This document shows, piece by piece, positions 1 to 8,299 of a DNA stretch of 64,000 bases. A model generated the notes under the pieces. It was not told where the DNA came from and ran no database searches. It was given only the letters and a program-made list of their open reading frames with translations. Location of the stretch: positions 5,538 through 69,537 of the forward strand of contig SVEK01000010.1 of NCBI GenBank assembly GCA_015057405.1, written 5' to 3'. Made by a program: the position numbers and the translations under genes. The stretch is from Lachnospiraceae bacterium. GTDB taxonomy: Bacteria; Bacillota; Clostridia; Lachnospirales; Lachnospiraceae. The number at the start of each line of letters is the position of its first letter. The stretch's first letter is position 1.

Positions 1-2
1 AT

Positions 3-191
3 CCGAAAACGCTACAATATCTCATGGGGCATTCGGATATCAGTGTTACGATGAACGTGTACACACATATCAGTTTCGATAATGCCGAGGAAGAACTGAA
101 ACGGATGGAAGAGTTTAGAAAAGCGCAGGCAGAGATTGAAAAGAAAAACGATGCAAAAGCGATATCGCAGAAAATGTTCAAAGTAGTGTAG
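3..191 (+). CDS. Tyrosine recombinase/integrase, C-terminal fragment (5' truncated by window edge)
   Basis: My translation of frame 3 is PKTLQYLMGHSDISVTMNVYTHISFDNAEEELKRMEEFRKAQAEIEKKNDAKAISQKMFKVV*. It contains the box II LGH...T..Y motif with the catalytic Tyr. Not in the ORF track because it has no start codon in the window. Confidence 0.9.
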   Translation, partial: PKTLQYLMGHSDISVTMNVYTHISFDNAEEELKRMEEFRKAQAEIEKKNDAKAISQKMFKVV

Positions 192-339
192 CATTCCAAG
201 TAGCAGAGACTCTCCGGTTATACTGGGGCGTTTTTTCTATGGAAATATATATTAAATTAGATAGAGCATATTTTACTATTTATTTTAGGTGAAAAGTTTG
301 ATATAATAACACATATTGTGAAAAAAGGCAAGGTGAATT

Positions 340-741
340 ATGATAGAAAATATTACAAGATTAACAAATGAAAGATTTCCAGAACCTATAGGAGCATATT
401 CTAATGGTTTATCGATTCCAATTGCAGACAGACAACTGGTGGTGTTGACAGGTCAAATTGCAACTAATTCAAAAGGCGAGGTTCAATTTAAAAATGACCC
501 AGGAAAGCAAACAGAATATATTTTTGAGAACATTAGGTCTTTATTGCTTGAGGCAGGAGGAGATATTAAAAATATTATACGTGTTGTGATTTATGTCACA
601 GATATGTCTTATTTTTCCAGTGTTTCACCAGTTAGAAATATGTATTTAAAAGATACAAAACCTGTAAGTACACTTGTTGAGGTAAATAAATTAGCAGTAG
701 AGGGTTGTAAAGTGGAGATAGAAGCCACTGCAATTATATAG
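340..741 (+). CDS. Rid (YjgF/YER057c/UK114) family protein, non-canonical
   Basis: PIGAYS, TGQI and VEIEATA motifs. KPVSTLVEV stands where RidA has PARSCVEV. Confidence 0.85.
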   Translation: MIENITRLTNERFPEPIGAYSNGLSIPIADRQLVVLTGQIATNSKGEVQFKNDPGKQTEYIFENIRSLLLEAGGDIKNIIRVVIYVTDMSYFSSVSPVRNMYLKDTKPVSTLVEVNKLAVEGCKVEIEATAII

Positions 742-749
742 GTGGTTGT

Positions 750-1682
750 ATGGAATTACTGAAGAAGGCATTTAAATACGGGAAGTGGATTGTTTCCATA
801 GTTGCAGCTATTTTTGCTGTAATGGAATTTTTGGAGTATTTTGGAGTTTTTAGTTTTAGCGGGTTTGGTATAAAGGGAATAATATCATTATTTGTAATAT
901 CTATTATTGGTATAATTTGCAAAATTATTTATGAAAAAAGTCAAACCCCTAATGATGCACAAAATAGGATAAATGAAATTAATGAAAAAATTACAGATCG
1001 TATAGGTGTTTTGAAAAGTAGTGAAAAGCCAGACAAGGATTTAATGGATTCACAGCATTCAATAGCATTGTTTGAAAGAATGGATATATTAGATTACTCA
1101 ACAAATGACTATATGAGCTATAGGATTATAAACGGGAAAAATGATTCGAAGAGCAATAGCCCATTTTTGAAATATAAAGAATCTACTGATTCAAAAACAT
1201 CTGCAAAAGAACTAATAATAAAAGCATATGATTTGAAAACGGGAAAGGAATTAAAGGTTGAGTTTGAGGAAAAAGAGCAAAAAGTGTATGTTCATAAATT
1301 CAAAATAATGTTCACTACGCCTTTAAAACCACAGCAGGAGTTTTCGATTATTTATTTTATTAAAATACCAAACGAATTAAGTCAGTTGAGTGATAATGAA
1401 GAGATGATGAGCGTTTCACTTAATAGATTCGAAAAGAAGATAGAAAAACTGCGCTTTGGTGTATATTTAGATTTTATTCCTGTGCAGATTGAGACTTTTT
1501 TGAGAAATCAGAATAGTGAAGCGGAAATAATAGATTCTATTCCTGAACTTGATGAAACAGGAGAAGTAGCTATCGATGAACGATTTAAGATATTTATGGA
1601 TAATATTTCTATAAAGAGTAAAATACAGTTGGATGTTGAAAAACCTAAAAAAGAAACCTATGTAATATATTATAGAAAGTAG
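750..1682 (+). CDS. Hypothetical protein with two N-terminal TM helices and a beta-rich soluble domain
   Basis: 310-aa ORF, RBS-like AGGTGG upstream, two hydrophobic stretches in the first ~60 aa, 8-bp gaps to both neighbours. Confidence 0.8.
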   Translation: MELLKKAFKYGKWIVSIVAAIFAVMEFLEYFGVFSFSGFGIKGIISLFVISIIGIICKIIYEKSQTPNDAQNRINEINEKITDRIGVLKSSEKPDKDLMDSQHSIALFERMDILDYSTNDYMSYRIINGKNDSKSNSPFLKYKESTDSKTSAKELIIKAYDLKTGKELKVEFEEKEQKVYVHKFKIMFTTPLKPQQEFSIIYFIKIPNELSQLSDNEEMMSVSLNRFEKKIEKLRFGVYLDFIPVQIETFLRNQNSEAEIIDSIPELDETGEVAIDERFKIFMDNISIKSKIQLDVEKPKKETYVIYYRK

Positions 1683-1690
1683 AGATTGTT

Positions 1691-2431
1691 ATGAAAAGAA
1701 TAGCATTAGTGACAGGTGGAACAAGTGGTTTGGGCTTACAGTTAGTAAGAGATTTAGTGTCTGCAAATTATAAGGTGTATTCATTATCTCGTAAAGAAGA
1801 TGCTATAAACCAGTTGAAGAAAGAATTACCGGAAGTTGTTTGTTTATGTGGTGATGTTTCTGATATGAGCGTGTTGATGAATACATTTGAAACTATTGAA
1901 CAAAACGATGGGAAATTAGATGTGTTAATAAATAATGCGGGAATTATTTATCCGGGTGGAGTTGAAAAGTTAGAAGCGGATGAGTGGAACAAAATGTTTG
2001 CTGTAAATGTTAATGGTATTTTTTACTCGGTTAAAACTTTTTTGCCTTTGTTGAAAAAATCAGAAAATGCCAATGTTATTAATGTATCGTCTATTTCATC
2101 ACAAATGACAGGTAGTTCGATTGCATATTCGGCTTGTAAGGCGGCTGTAGATATGATGACAAAGTCGATGGCGAAAGAACTTGCATCATATAGAATCAGA
2201 GTTAATAGTGTGAATCCAGGCATTATCAGTACCGGGTTTCAGATTCATAATGAATTGATGACTGAAAAAGAATATCCAGAGTTTTTAAATGAGATTAGCA
2301 AAACATATCCGCTTGGAATTGGAGAAGCTAAGGACGTTTCTAACTTGATTTGCTTTTTGATATCAGAAGATGCAAAGTGGATAACAGGGAGCAATTATAT
2401 TATTGATGGTGGAAGAAGCATAAATATTTAA
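1691..2431 (+). CDS. Classical SDR family NAD(P)-dependent oxidoreductase
   Basis: TGGTSGLG, NNAG, SS..YSACK, VNPG and DGG motifs are all intact. Confidence 0.92.
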   Translation: MKRIALVTGGTSGLGLQLVRDLVSANYKVYSLSRKEDAINQLKKELPEVVCLCGDVSDMSVLMNTFETIEQNDGKLDVLINNAGIIYPGGVEKLEADEWNKMFAVNVNGIFYSVKTFLPLLKKSENANVINVSSISSQMTGSSIAYSACKAAVDMMTKSMAKELASYRIRVNSVNPGIISTGFQIHNELMTEKEYPEFLNEISKTYPLGIGEAKDVSNLICFLISEDAKWITGSNYIIDGGRSINI

Positions 2432-2440
2432 AGATTATAT

Positions 2441-2477
2441 AAAAGAGGCTGTCTGAAAAGATTGTCTCTTTTGTTTT
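2441..2477 (+). terminator. Probable intrinsic terminator of the cargo operon
   Basis: Imperfect stem aaaagaggc...gtctctttt followed by a T-rich run. Confidence 0.5.
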
Positions 2478-2485
2478 GGAATCCT

Positions 2486-2526
2486 TAGTAGTAAGCCTTC
2501 CCCTTTTACTACTATTTCTACTACTA
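2486..2526. repeat. Three TACTACTA motifs (one inverted, two direct), putative integrase arm-type sites
   Basis: TAGTAGTA at 2486-2493, TACTACTA at 2507-2514 and 2519-2526. Confidence 0.55.
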
Positions 2527-2552
2527 ACAGGTAGTCATAACTTGCTAAATTA

Positions 2553-2561
2553 TGCTATAAT
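2553..2561 (+). promoter_or_regulatory. Extended -10 promoter (TGnTATAAT) for the LMW-PTP/MATE genes
   Basis: TGCTATAAT about 95 bp upstream of the ATG at 2656. Confidence 0.55.
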
Positions 2562-2655
2562 TTGCTTACTTAACAACCAAACAACAATTTAACCATAATC
2601 CCGGAATATCCTGCAAAACTGGGCTTTTCCGGGCAAAAAGGAGCAAACAGTTACT

Positions 2656-3108
2656 ATGATAAAAGTATTATTCATCTGCCACGGCAACATCTGCCGCAGT
2701 CCTCTGGCGGAATTTGTTTTTAAAGACATGGTGGCAAAAAGAGGGATTGCAGATTTGTTTGAAATAGCATCTGCTGCAACAAGTATGGAAGAATTAGGAA
2801 ATGACATTCATTACGGAACCAGAGGGGTTTTGATGAAGTATAAGATTCCTTTTTCGAGAAGAAGGGCTAGACAAATCACGAGACTTGATTATAATGAATA
2901 TGATTACCTGATTGGTATGGATACTGCGAATATACGCAATATGAACCGTACCTTTGGAGGAGATCCGGAAGGGAAGATATACAAGCTGTTAACCTTTGCC
3001 GGTAGTGGCAGGGATGTGGCGGACCCTTGGTATACGGGAGATTTTGAGACTACATATAGGGACGTGTGTGAAGGTCTTGAAGGATTTTTAGAGGAGTTAG
3101 GATATTAA
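2656..3108 (+). CDS. Low molecular weight protein-tyrosine phosphatase
   Basis: CHGNICRS P-loop and DPWY motif. Confidence 0.95.
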   Translation: MIKVLFICHGNICRSPLAEFVFKDMVAKRGIADLFEIASAATSMEELGNDIHYGTRGVLMKYKIPFSRRRARQITRLDYNEYDYLIGMDTANIRNMNRTFGGDPEGKIYKLLTFAGSGRDVADPWYTGDFETTYRDVCEGLEGFLEELGY

Positions 3109-3110
3109 TT

Positions 3111-4511
3111 ATGAATAGTGTTATGAGTAAGTTTTTTGGTGATAAGGCATTTTATAAGAAAGTGCTTTTACTTGTTGTGCCTATTATTGTGCAGAATGCA
3201 ATTACTAACTTTGTTAGTATGCTTGATAATATTATGGTTGGTAGGATTGGTAACGAGCAGATGTCCGGTGTTGCCATTGTTAACCAGCTTATGTTTGTGT
3301 GTTATTTGTGCATGTTCGGTGCCATATCCGGTGCTGGAATTTTTACTGCGCAGTTTTTTGGAAAATCCGATAATGAGGGCGTTAGATATACTTTTAGATT
3401 CAAGCTTATTATTTGTTCTGTTATTGTATTGATTACAATAGCGCTTATGGTGTTGTTTGGAGAAGAACTGATTCAGCTTTATTTGCAGGGAAAGCAGGAT
3501 GGAAGTGACGTTGAGGCGGCGCTCCGGTATGGCAAAAAGTATATGAGTATTATGCTTTTGGGGTTGATACCGTGGATGCTTTCGCAGGTGTATGCAGGAA
3601 CCTTGAGAGACTGTGGTAAAACGTTTGTGCCTATGGTGGCGGGAGTTGTTGCTGTATTTGTTAATCTTGGAATTAATTATGTTCTCATATATGGTAAGTT
3701 TGGCTTTCCTGTTCTTGGTGTTGCAGGTGCAGCTATTGGTACGGTGGTAGCCCGATATCTTGAGGCTATTATTGTAATTTGGTGGACGCATTATAAGAAA
3801 AAAGAAAATGAATATATTATCGGAGTTTACAGTTCGCTGCGGATTCCGATTGACCTCACTGTTAATATAATCAAGAAGGGTACTCCGCTTTTTATCAATG
3901 AAACCCTATGGGCAGCAGGGATGGCTATGCTTGTCCAGTGCTATTCAATCAGAGGAATGAAAGTAGTTGCGGCATTGAATATGTGTAATACGGTTGTGAA
4001 TGTATTTAATGTTGTATTTTTTGCAATGGGAGATGCAGTAGCGATTTTTGTTGGGCAGCTTCTTGGTGCAGGAAAATTAAAAGAAGCAAAAGATATGGCT
4101 CGTAAGCTGATTGTATTTGGTGTTTGTATGGCTTCTGCGGTTATGTTTATTGTGCTTGCTTTGGCAAATTTATTCCCGTTGTTATACAATTCTGATGATT
4201 ATACGCGGTCTGTTGCGGCAAAGTTTATTATGATATCGGCAATTTTTATGCCGCAGGTTGCGTTTCTTCATTGTGCGTATTTTGCAATCCGGTCAGGCGG
4301 AAATACGGTTGTAACGTTTTTATTTGACAGTGTGTTTGTATGGCTGATAACTATTCCGGTTGCGTATATTTTAAGCCGGTTTACCGGATTGGATGTGCTT
4401 GCAATATATATGTGTGTTCAGTTTGCTGATTCTATCAAATGTATTGTTGCATTTATTCTTTTGAAAAAGGGGATTTGGCTTAATAATATCGTCGATAAGA
4501 AGAAAGAATAA
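3111..4511 (+). CDS. MATE family efflux transporter
   Basis: ~12 TM segments, two-repeat MATE architecture, GVAGAAIGT motif. Confidence 0.9.
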   Translation: MNSVMSKFFGDKAFYKKVLLLVVPIIVQNAITNFVSMLDNIMVGRIGNEQMSGVAIVNQLMFVCYLCMFGAISGAGIFTAQFFGKSDNEGVRYTFRFKLIICSVIVLITIALMVLFGEELIQLYLQGKQDGSDVEAALRYGKKYMSIMLLGLIPWMLSQVYAGTLRDCGKTFVPMVAGVVAVFVNLGINYVLIYGKFGFPVLGVAGAAIGTVVARYLEAIIVIWWTHYKKKENEYIIGVYSSLRIPIDLTVNIIKKGTPLFINETLWAAGMAMLVQCYSIRGMKVVAALNMCNTVVNVFNVVFFAMGDAVAIFVGQLLGAGKLKEAKDMARKLIVFGVCMASAVMFIVLALANLFPLLYNSDDYTRSVAAKFIMISAIFMPQVAFLHCAYFAIRSGGNTVVTFLFDSVFVWLITIPVAYILSRFTGLDVLAIYMCVQFADSIKCIVAFILLKKGIWLNNIVDKKKE

Positions 4512-4599
4512 TAAAGCTGTCCTAATATTAATATGTGACTCATATACTATTAAGAGGGTAATGTTTAGTATACCTAAATATAACTTTTGAGGTGTGTGT

Positions 4600-7002
4600 A
4601 TGAGTCGTATTAAAATATATTTTGTTTTTATTTGCATGATGATGTTTGCCTTATGCAGTGTCATGCTATCTGATTTTCTTAAAAATAATAAGTCTGCATC
4701 AGAATATGTAGACAGTATTCATTTTACGCAAGAGTCGGTTGTTACAAGAGGTAATGTAGCTAAGATGCTTGCGTTACTTCGTTATTCAAGAGAAGAGATT
4801 ATTAATATGGCACCTATTACCGGATATACTGATTTGGGTGAAGGCAAATGGTATGATAAGTATTATTATGCTACGGATACTATGGGAATTGTCTGGGGTG
4901 AAAATGAGTGCAGACCCATGGATTGCCTTACATATAAAGAAGCAAAGGAGATATATGAATTCCTTTGTGGTGCTCCGGACGATTCGTTATCAGCATCCAC
5001 AGAAGAAATATCCTTTATTGATTGGATTAATATATATGACATGCTAAGAAGTAATTCTGTAATGGCTTCTCAGGGGCTGTGTCGTGAATTGAAAAAAGAA
5101 ACGGTATTTCTTCTTTCCATGCTACAGGATAATGAGAGTACATGGCAGGTTGCTACTGATATTGGGGCACTGTATTTTGACGGATACGCAATTGATGCAT
5201 ATACCAACACAGCTATTGATGTACTTTGTGATGGTACTGAAATAATATATGTGTACGGACAGAGTAGCAGTGATACGGTTTTGAAAAATGTTTTGATAAA
5301 AAAGTGTAATGAAGATACTTTAAATGTACATTGCAATAATGTGGATATAGAGTTAAAACTAGATTTAACTATTGGTGAAGGGGTGGCTGGGGACATTGTT
5401 CTCCCGGAAGATAATATTCTGACTTTGGCAGATTTGGTTGTCAATATGGGTAAGGTTAAAGATATTAGTATAAAAACTGATTATTTTGAAGACAGAGTGT
5501 TATCGATAGATGAACAAACTATAGAAACTGCAGGCAATGGCGTGTTAAACTTGGATGATAATTACAGGGTGTATAATACAGAAGGAGCATTGCAAACTGT
5601 AGATTACACTGCTATTCCTATTGGATATACGACCGTATCTTTTGTTATTGATTCACAAAAAACTGTATATGCTGTACTGATTGATAAGAATGAGCAACCT
5701 GTTAATATAAGAGTTGCTGTGACTGCTAACGGATTTTCGGGAGTATATCACGAGCACGTAGGAATTAGTTCGGAAACCGGATGTGTATTAACTGTAGGTG
5801 GAGAGGTTTATAACTACGGACCGGGAGAGGTGATTGATATAGTTCCCGGCAATGAGTTGTTAGCAAAAGGAAGAGTTTGTATTTCTCCTGAAGGAGGAGG
5901 GAAACTGATTGTAACAAGTCTGAGTAAAGCCTATGGGAATCCGCATTATAGAGGTAATATTGAGCTTAGACAGCATCCGGAAGGCATAGTCGTAATTAAT
6001 GAATTGTCGATTGAGGAATATCTTTATTCTGTTGTGCCAAGTGAGATGCCGGTTAGTTACGGACCGGAACCTTTAAAAGCCCAGGCAGTATGTGCAAGAG
6101 GATATGCCTACAATCAGATTAAGGCAAGTAAGCTTTCAGGTATAGGTGCCCACGTAGATGACAGTACGGCTTTTCAAGTGTACAACAACACTCAGGAAAC
6201 GGCGGAGTCAATAAATGCGGTTAATGAAACCTGTGGTCAGGTTCTTAAATATGGTGAAAGTATTATATCAGCATATTATTTTTCAACTTCCTGTGGTCAT
6301 ACTGCTAATGTGCATGACGTATGGCCCGGAATGAAAAAACTACCTTATCTTCAAGGAAAATTACAAAATGTTTTGCCTGCTGATTCCAATCAGGATGCCA
6401 ACTTGAATCTTGAGAAAGAAAAGAATTTCCGTGAGTTTATTAATAATCCACCTTGTGAAACATTTGATTCATCTTTTCCTTGGTACAGATGGAGTGTTGA
6501 ACTAACAAAAGAAGAAATTAAATCATCATTTAATAAAATAGCAAAGCAAAGATATGAAATTAAGCCGGTCTTTGTTTTAACCAAGGGTGAAGATGGTTCA
6601 TTTTATTCACAACCTAATATAGACATTGGTAATGTAAGAAAGATAAAAGTTGCAAAGAGAAGACCTGGGGGAGTCGTTACTGAATTGATTATTACCGGCA
6701 CCAAACAGACGATAAAAATTATATCTGAATATAATATTAGACTTGCCCTTGCGCCGCCGGATAATAAACTTATAAGACATGATAACAATATTGCCAGCGG
6801 GATGACGATGCTTCCCAGTGCTTTTTTTTACATATCTTCGGATGGAAAAGGTAAAAATACCACCTATACTATCAAAGGTGGCGGATACGGACACGGTACC
6901 GGAATGAGTCAAAACGGAGCAAAAGCTATGGCAGATTCAGGTTTTGGTTATGCGGATATTCTCAAATTTTATTTTGCCGGTTGTGAGATAGCAGCGTATT
7001 GA
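4600..7002 (+). CDS. SpoIID/LytB domain protein with N-terminal SLH-like segment
   Basis: EEYLYSVVPSEMP, LKAQAVCAR and GGGYGHGTGMSQNGA motifs. ATG at 4600 follows GAGGTG. Confidence 0.88.
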   Translation: MSRIKIYFVFICMMMFALCSVMLSDFLKNNKSASEYVDSIHFTQESVVTRGNVAKMLALLRYSREEIINMAPITGYTDLGEGKWYDKYYYATDTMGIVWGENECRPMDCLTYKEAKEIYEFLCGAPDDSLSASTEEISFIDWINIYDMLRSNSVMASQGLCRELKKETVFLLSMLQDNESTWQVATDIGALYFDGYAIDAYTNTAIDVLCDGTEIIYVYGQSSSDTVLKNVLIKKCNEDTLNVHCNNVDIELKLDLTIGEGVAGDIVLPEDNILTLADLVVNMGKVKDISIKTDYFEDRVLSIDEQTIETAGNGVLNLDDNYRVYNTEGALQTVDYTAIPIGYTTVSFVIDSQKTVYAVLIDKNEQPVNIRVAVTANGFSGVYHEHVGISSETGCVLTVGGEVYNYGPGEVIDIVPGNELLAKGRVCISPEGGGKLIVTSLSKAYGNPHYRGNIELRQHPEGIVVINELSIEEYLYSVVPSEMPVSYGPEPLKAQAVCARGYAYNQIKASKLSGIGAHVDDSTAFQVYNNTQETAESINAVNETCGQVLKYGESIISAYYFSTSCGHTANVHDVWPGMKKLPYLQGKLQNVLPADSNQDANLNLEKEKNFREFINNPPCETFDSSFPWYRWSVELTKEEIKSSFNKIAKQRYEIKPVFVLTKGEDGSFYSQPNIDIGNVRKIKVAKRRPGGVVTELIITGTKQTIKIISEYNIRLALAPPDNKLIRHDNNIASGMTMLPSAFFYISSDGKGKNTTYTIKGGGYGHGTGMSQNGAKAMADSGFGYADILKFYFAGCEIAAY

Positions 7003-7792
7003 TAGCCGCACCCATGTATAAAATGTATATACTAAAGTATAGCCATATCATAAAGAAAACAATAGTTGATACACTTCCGTATATTGAGCTGCCTGATTTG
7101 CTGTTATTAAGATACATAGAGTAAAATGCAGAGAAGGCTATCCACAAAATCGTTGTAAAGATTGTGCCCGGCAGCTCATATCTTATACGTGATTTTCTGT
7201 TTGGTATAAACATATATGTTACAAGTACAAGAACAAAGAATATGCCTAAAGCAATAATAAGTCTGAAATTAACAATGATATTCAATACATCCGGAGTGAC
7301 ATGAAATGTTTCATTAAGCCAGTTGCTGAAGCTTTTTCCGAACACATAAATAACCATTGTTACCAGAATTGTAAAAAGAAATATAAGGGCATATCCCATT
7401 CCGATTATTCTTACTAAAAAATAGTTGTCTGAATATTTCGTATCATATATTTCGTTTAGACTTTTGATAATACCCATGAAGCTCTTTGACACTGCCCATA
7501 GCGCTACTAAAATAGAAACAGACAGTACCCCTGTTTTGTCACTGTATATTTCTTCAATCCAGGATTTTAGTGTGTCATTTATCAGGTTTGGTGTCACGGT
7601 GTTGATTAATTCATAGAGCATTTCTTCAGTTAGGGGAGTATATTTGATGCAGGTCATAAGAATAATCATAAAGGGAAATAGAGAGATAAATGTAAAAAAA
7701 GAAGTGTGGGCGGCATAAGTGCCGATTTTGTCCTCTTTATTTTTATTTATTAACTGTTTTGAAAAATGGAATATTCCGGTAAAATATTTCAT
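6962..7792 (-). CDS. YihY/virulence factor BrkB family membrane protein
   Basis: AAHTSFFTFISLFP and IYGS...FFMIWLY motifs. Start moved to the ATG at 7792, which follows GGAGG. Confidence 0.88.
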   Translation of the reverse strand: MKYFTGIFHFSKQLINKNKEDKIGTYAAHTSFFTFISLFPFMIILMTCIKYTPLTEEMLYELINTVTPNLINDTLKSWIEEIYSDKTGVLSVSILVALWAVSKSFMGIIKSLNEIYDTKYSDNYFLVRIIGMGYALIFLFTILVTMVIYVFGKSFSNWLNETFHVTPDVLNIIVNFRLIIALGIFFVLVLVTYMFIPNRKSRIRYELPGTIFTTILWIAFSAFYSMYLNNSKSGSSIYGSVSTIVFFMIWLYFSIYILYMGAAINTLLSHNRQNKI

Positions 7793-7892
7793 ATGATATC
7801 GACCTCCGATAGTTCTATGATTCCCTTTTTGACACAATATAATAATACACAAAGTCTTGACTTTCTAACCATTATAGGATAGTATACCACAT

Positions 7893-8190
7893 AAAGGCGT
7901 TGATGGTGCAAAAGGTTTATGTATTCCATCAGAGAGGCGGGGTCATTGGCTGAAAGCCCTGTCAGGTTCATGCATAATCTTAATTTCACACCGTAGCTTC
8001 AGCTCTGAACTATGATGATCATTTGTGATTACATATTGTAGGTGTCTGACGTTCTGTTCGTTACGCAGTAATTAAGTGTCTGTAACTGTTATGTACTTCT
8101 TAGTAGTGACCGATATCGTTACAGAAATAAGGGTGGTACCGCGATTATTCGTCCCTTACATGCCGTTTTGGTGTGTAGGGGATTTTTTTT
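7893..8190 (+). promoter_or_regulatory. T-box riboswitch (Phe) leader of pheST
   Basis: AG box and GCTGAAAGCC stem I, TTC specifier at 7985-7987, T-box AAGGGTGGTACCGCG at 8129-8143, terminator hairpin with T8 tract ending at 8190. Confidence 0.92.
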
Positions 8191-8240
8191 GCTTACCGGA
8201 ATAATTTCAAAGAAATTATCCCGGTAAGCAAAAAAAATCC
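8180..8240. repeat. 29-bp near-perfect inverted repeat with 3-nt loop
   Basis: Arms ggattttttttgcttaccggaataatttc and gaaattatcccggtaagcaaaaaaaatcc, separated by aaa, with one mismatch. Confidence 0.9.
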
Positions 8241-8299
8241 GCGGGGATCGCACTGCGACGGATCCATGTCTTTATTTTATTATTATAGGAGGATTAGTA

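Larger units (their letters stand above)
1..2697. mobile_element. Right end of an integrative element (ICE/IME-like): integrase, cargo operon and probable att end
   Basis: Integrase tail, AT-rich cargo at 340-2431, repeated TACTACTA motifs at 2486-2526, and a codon-usage break in the 5' end of the LMW-PTP gene. The right boundary is approximate. Confidence 0.65.

Noticed and set aside
12-194. Minus-strand 60-aa ORF from the track
   Set aside because: It is the antisense shadow of the integrase C-terminus, which has clear catalytic motifs on the plus strand.
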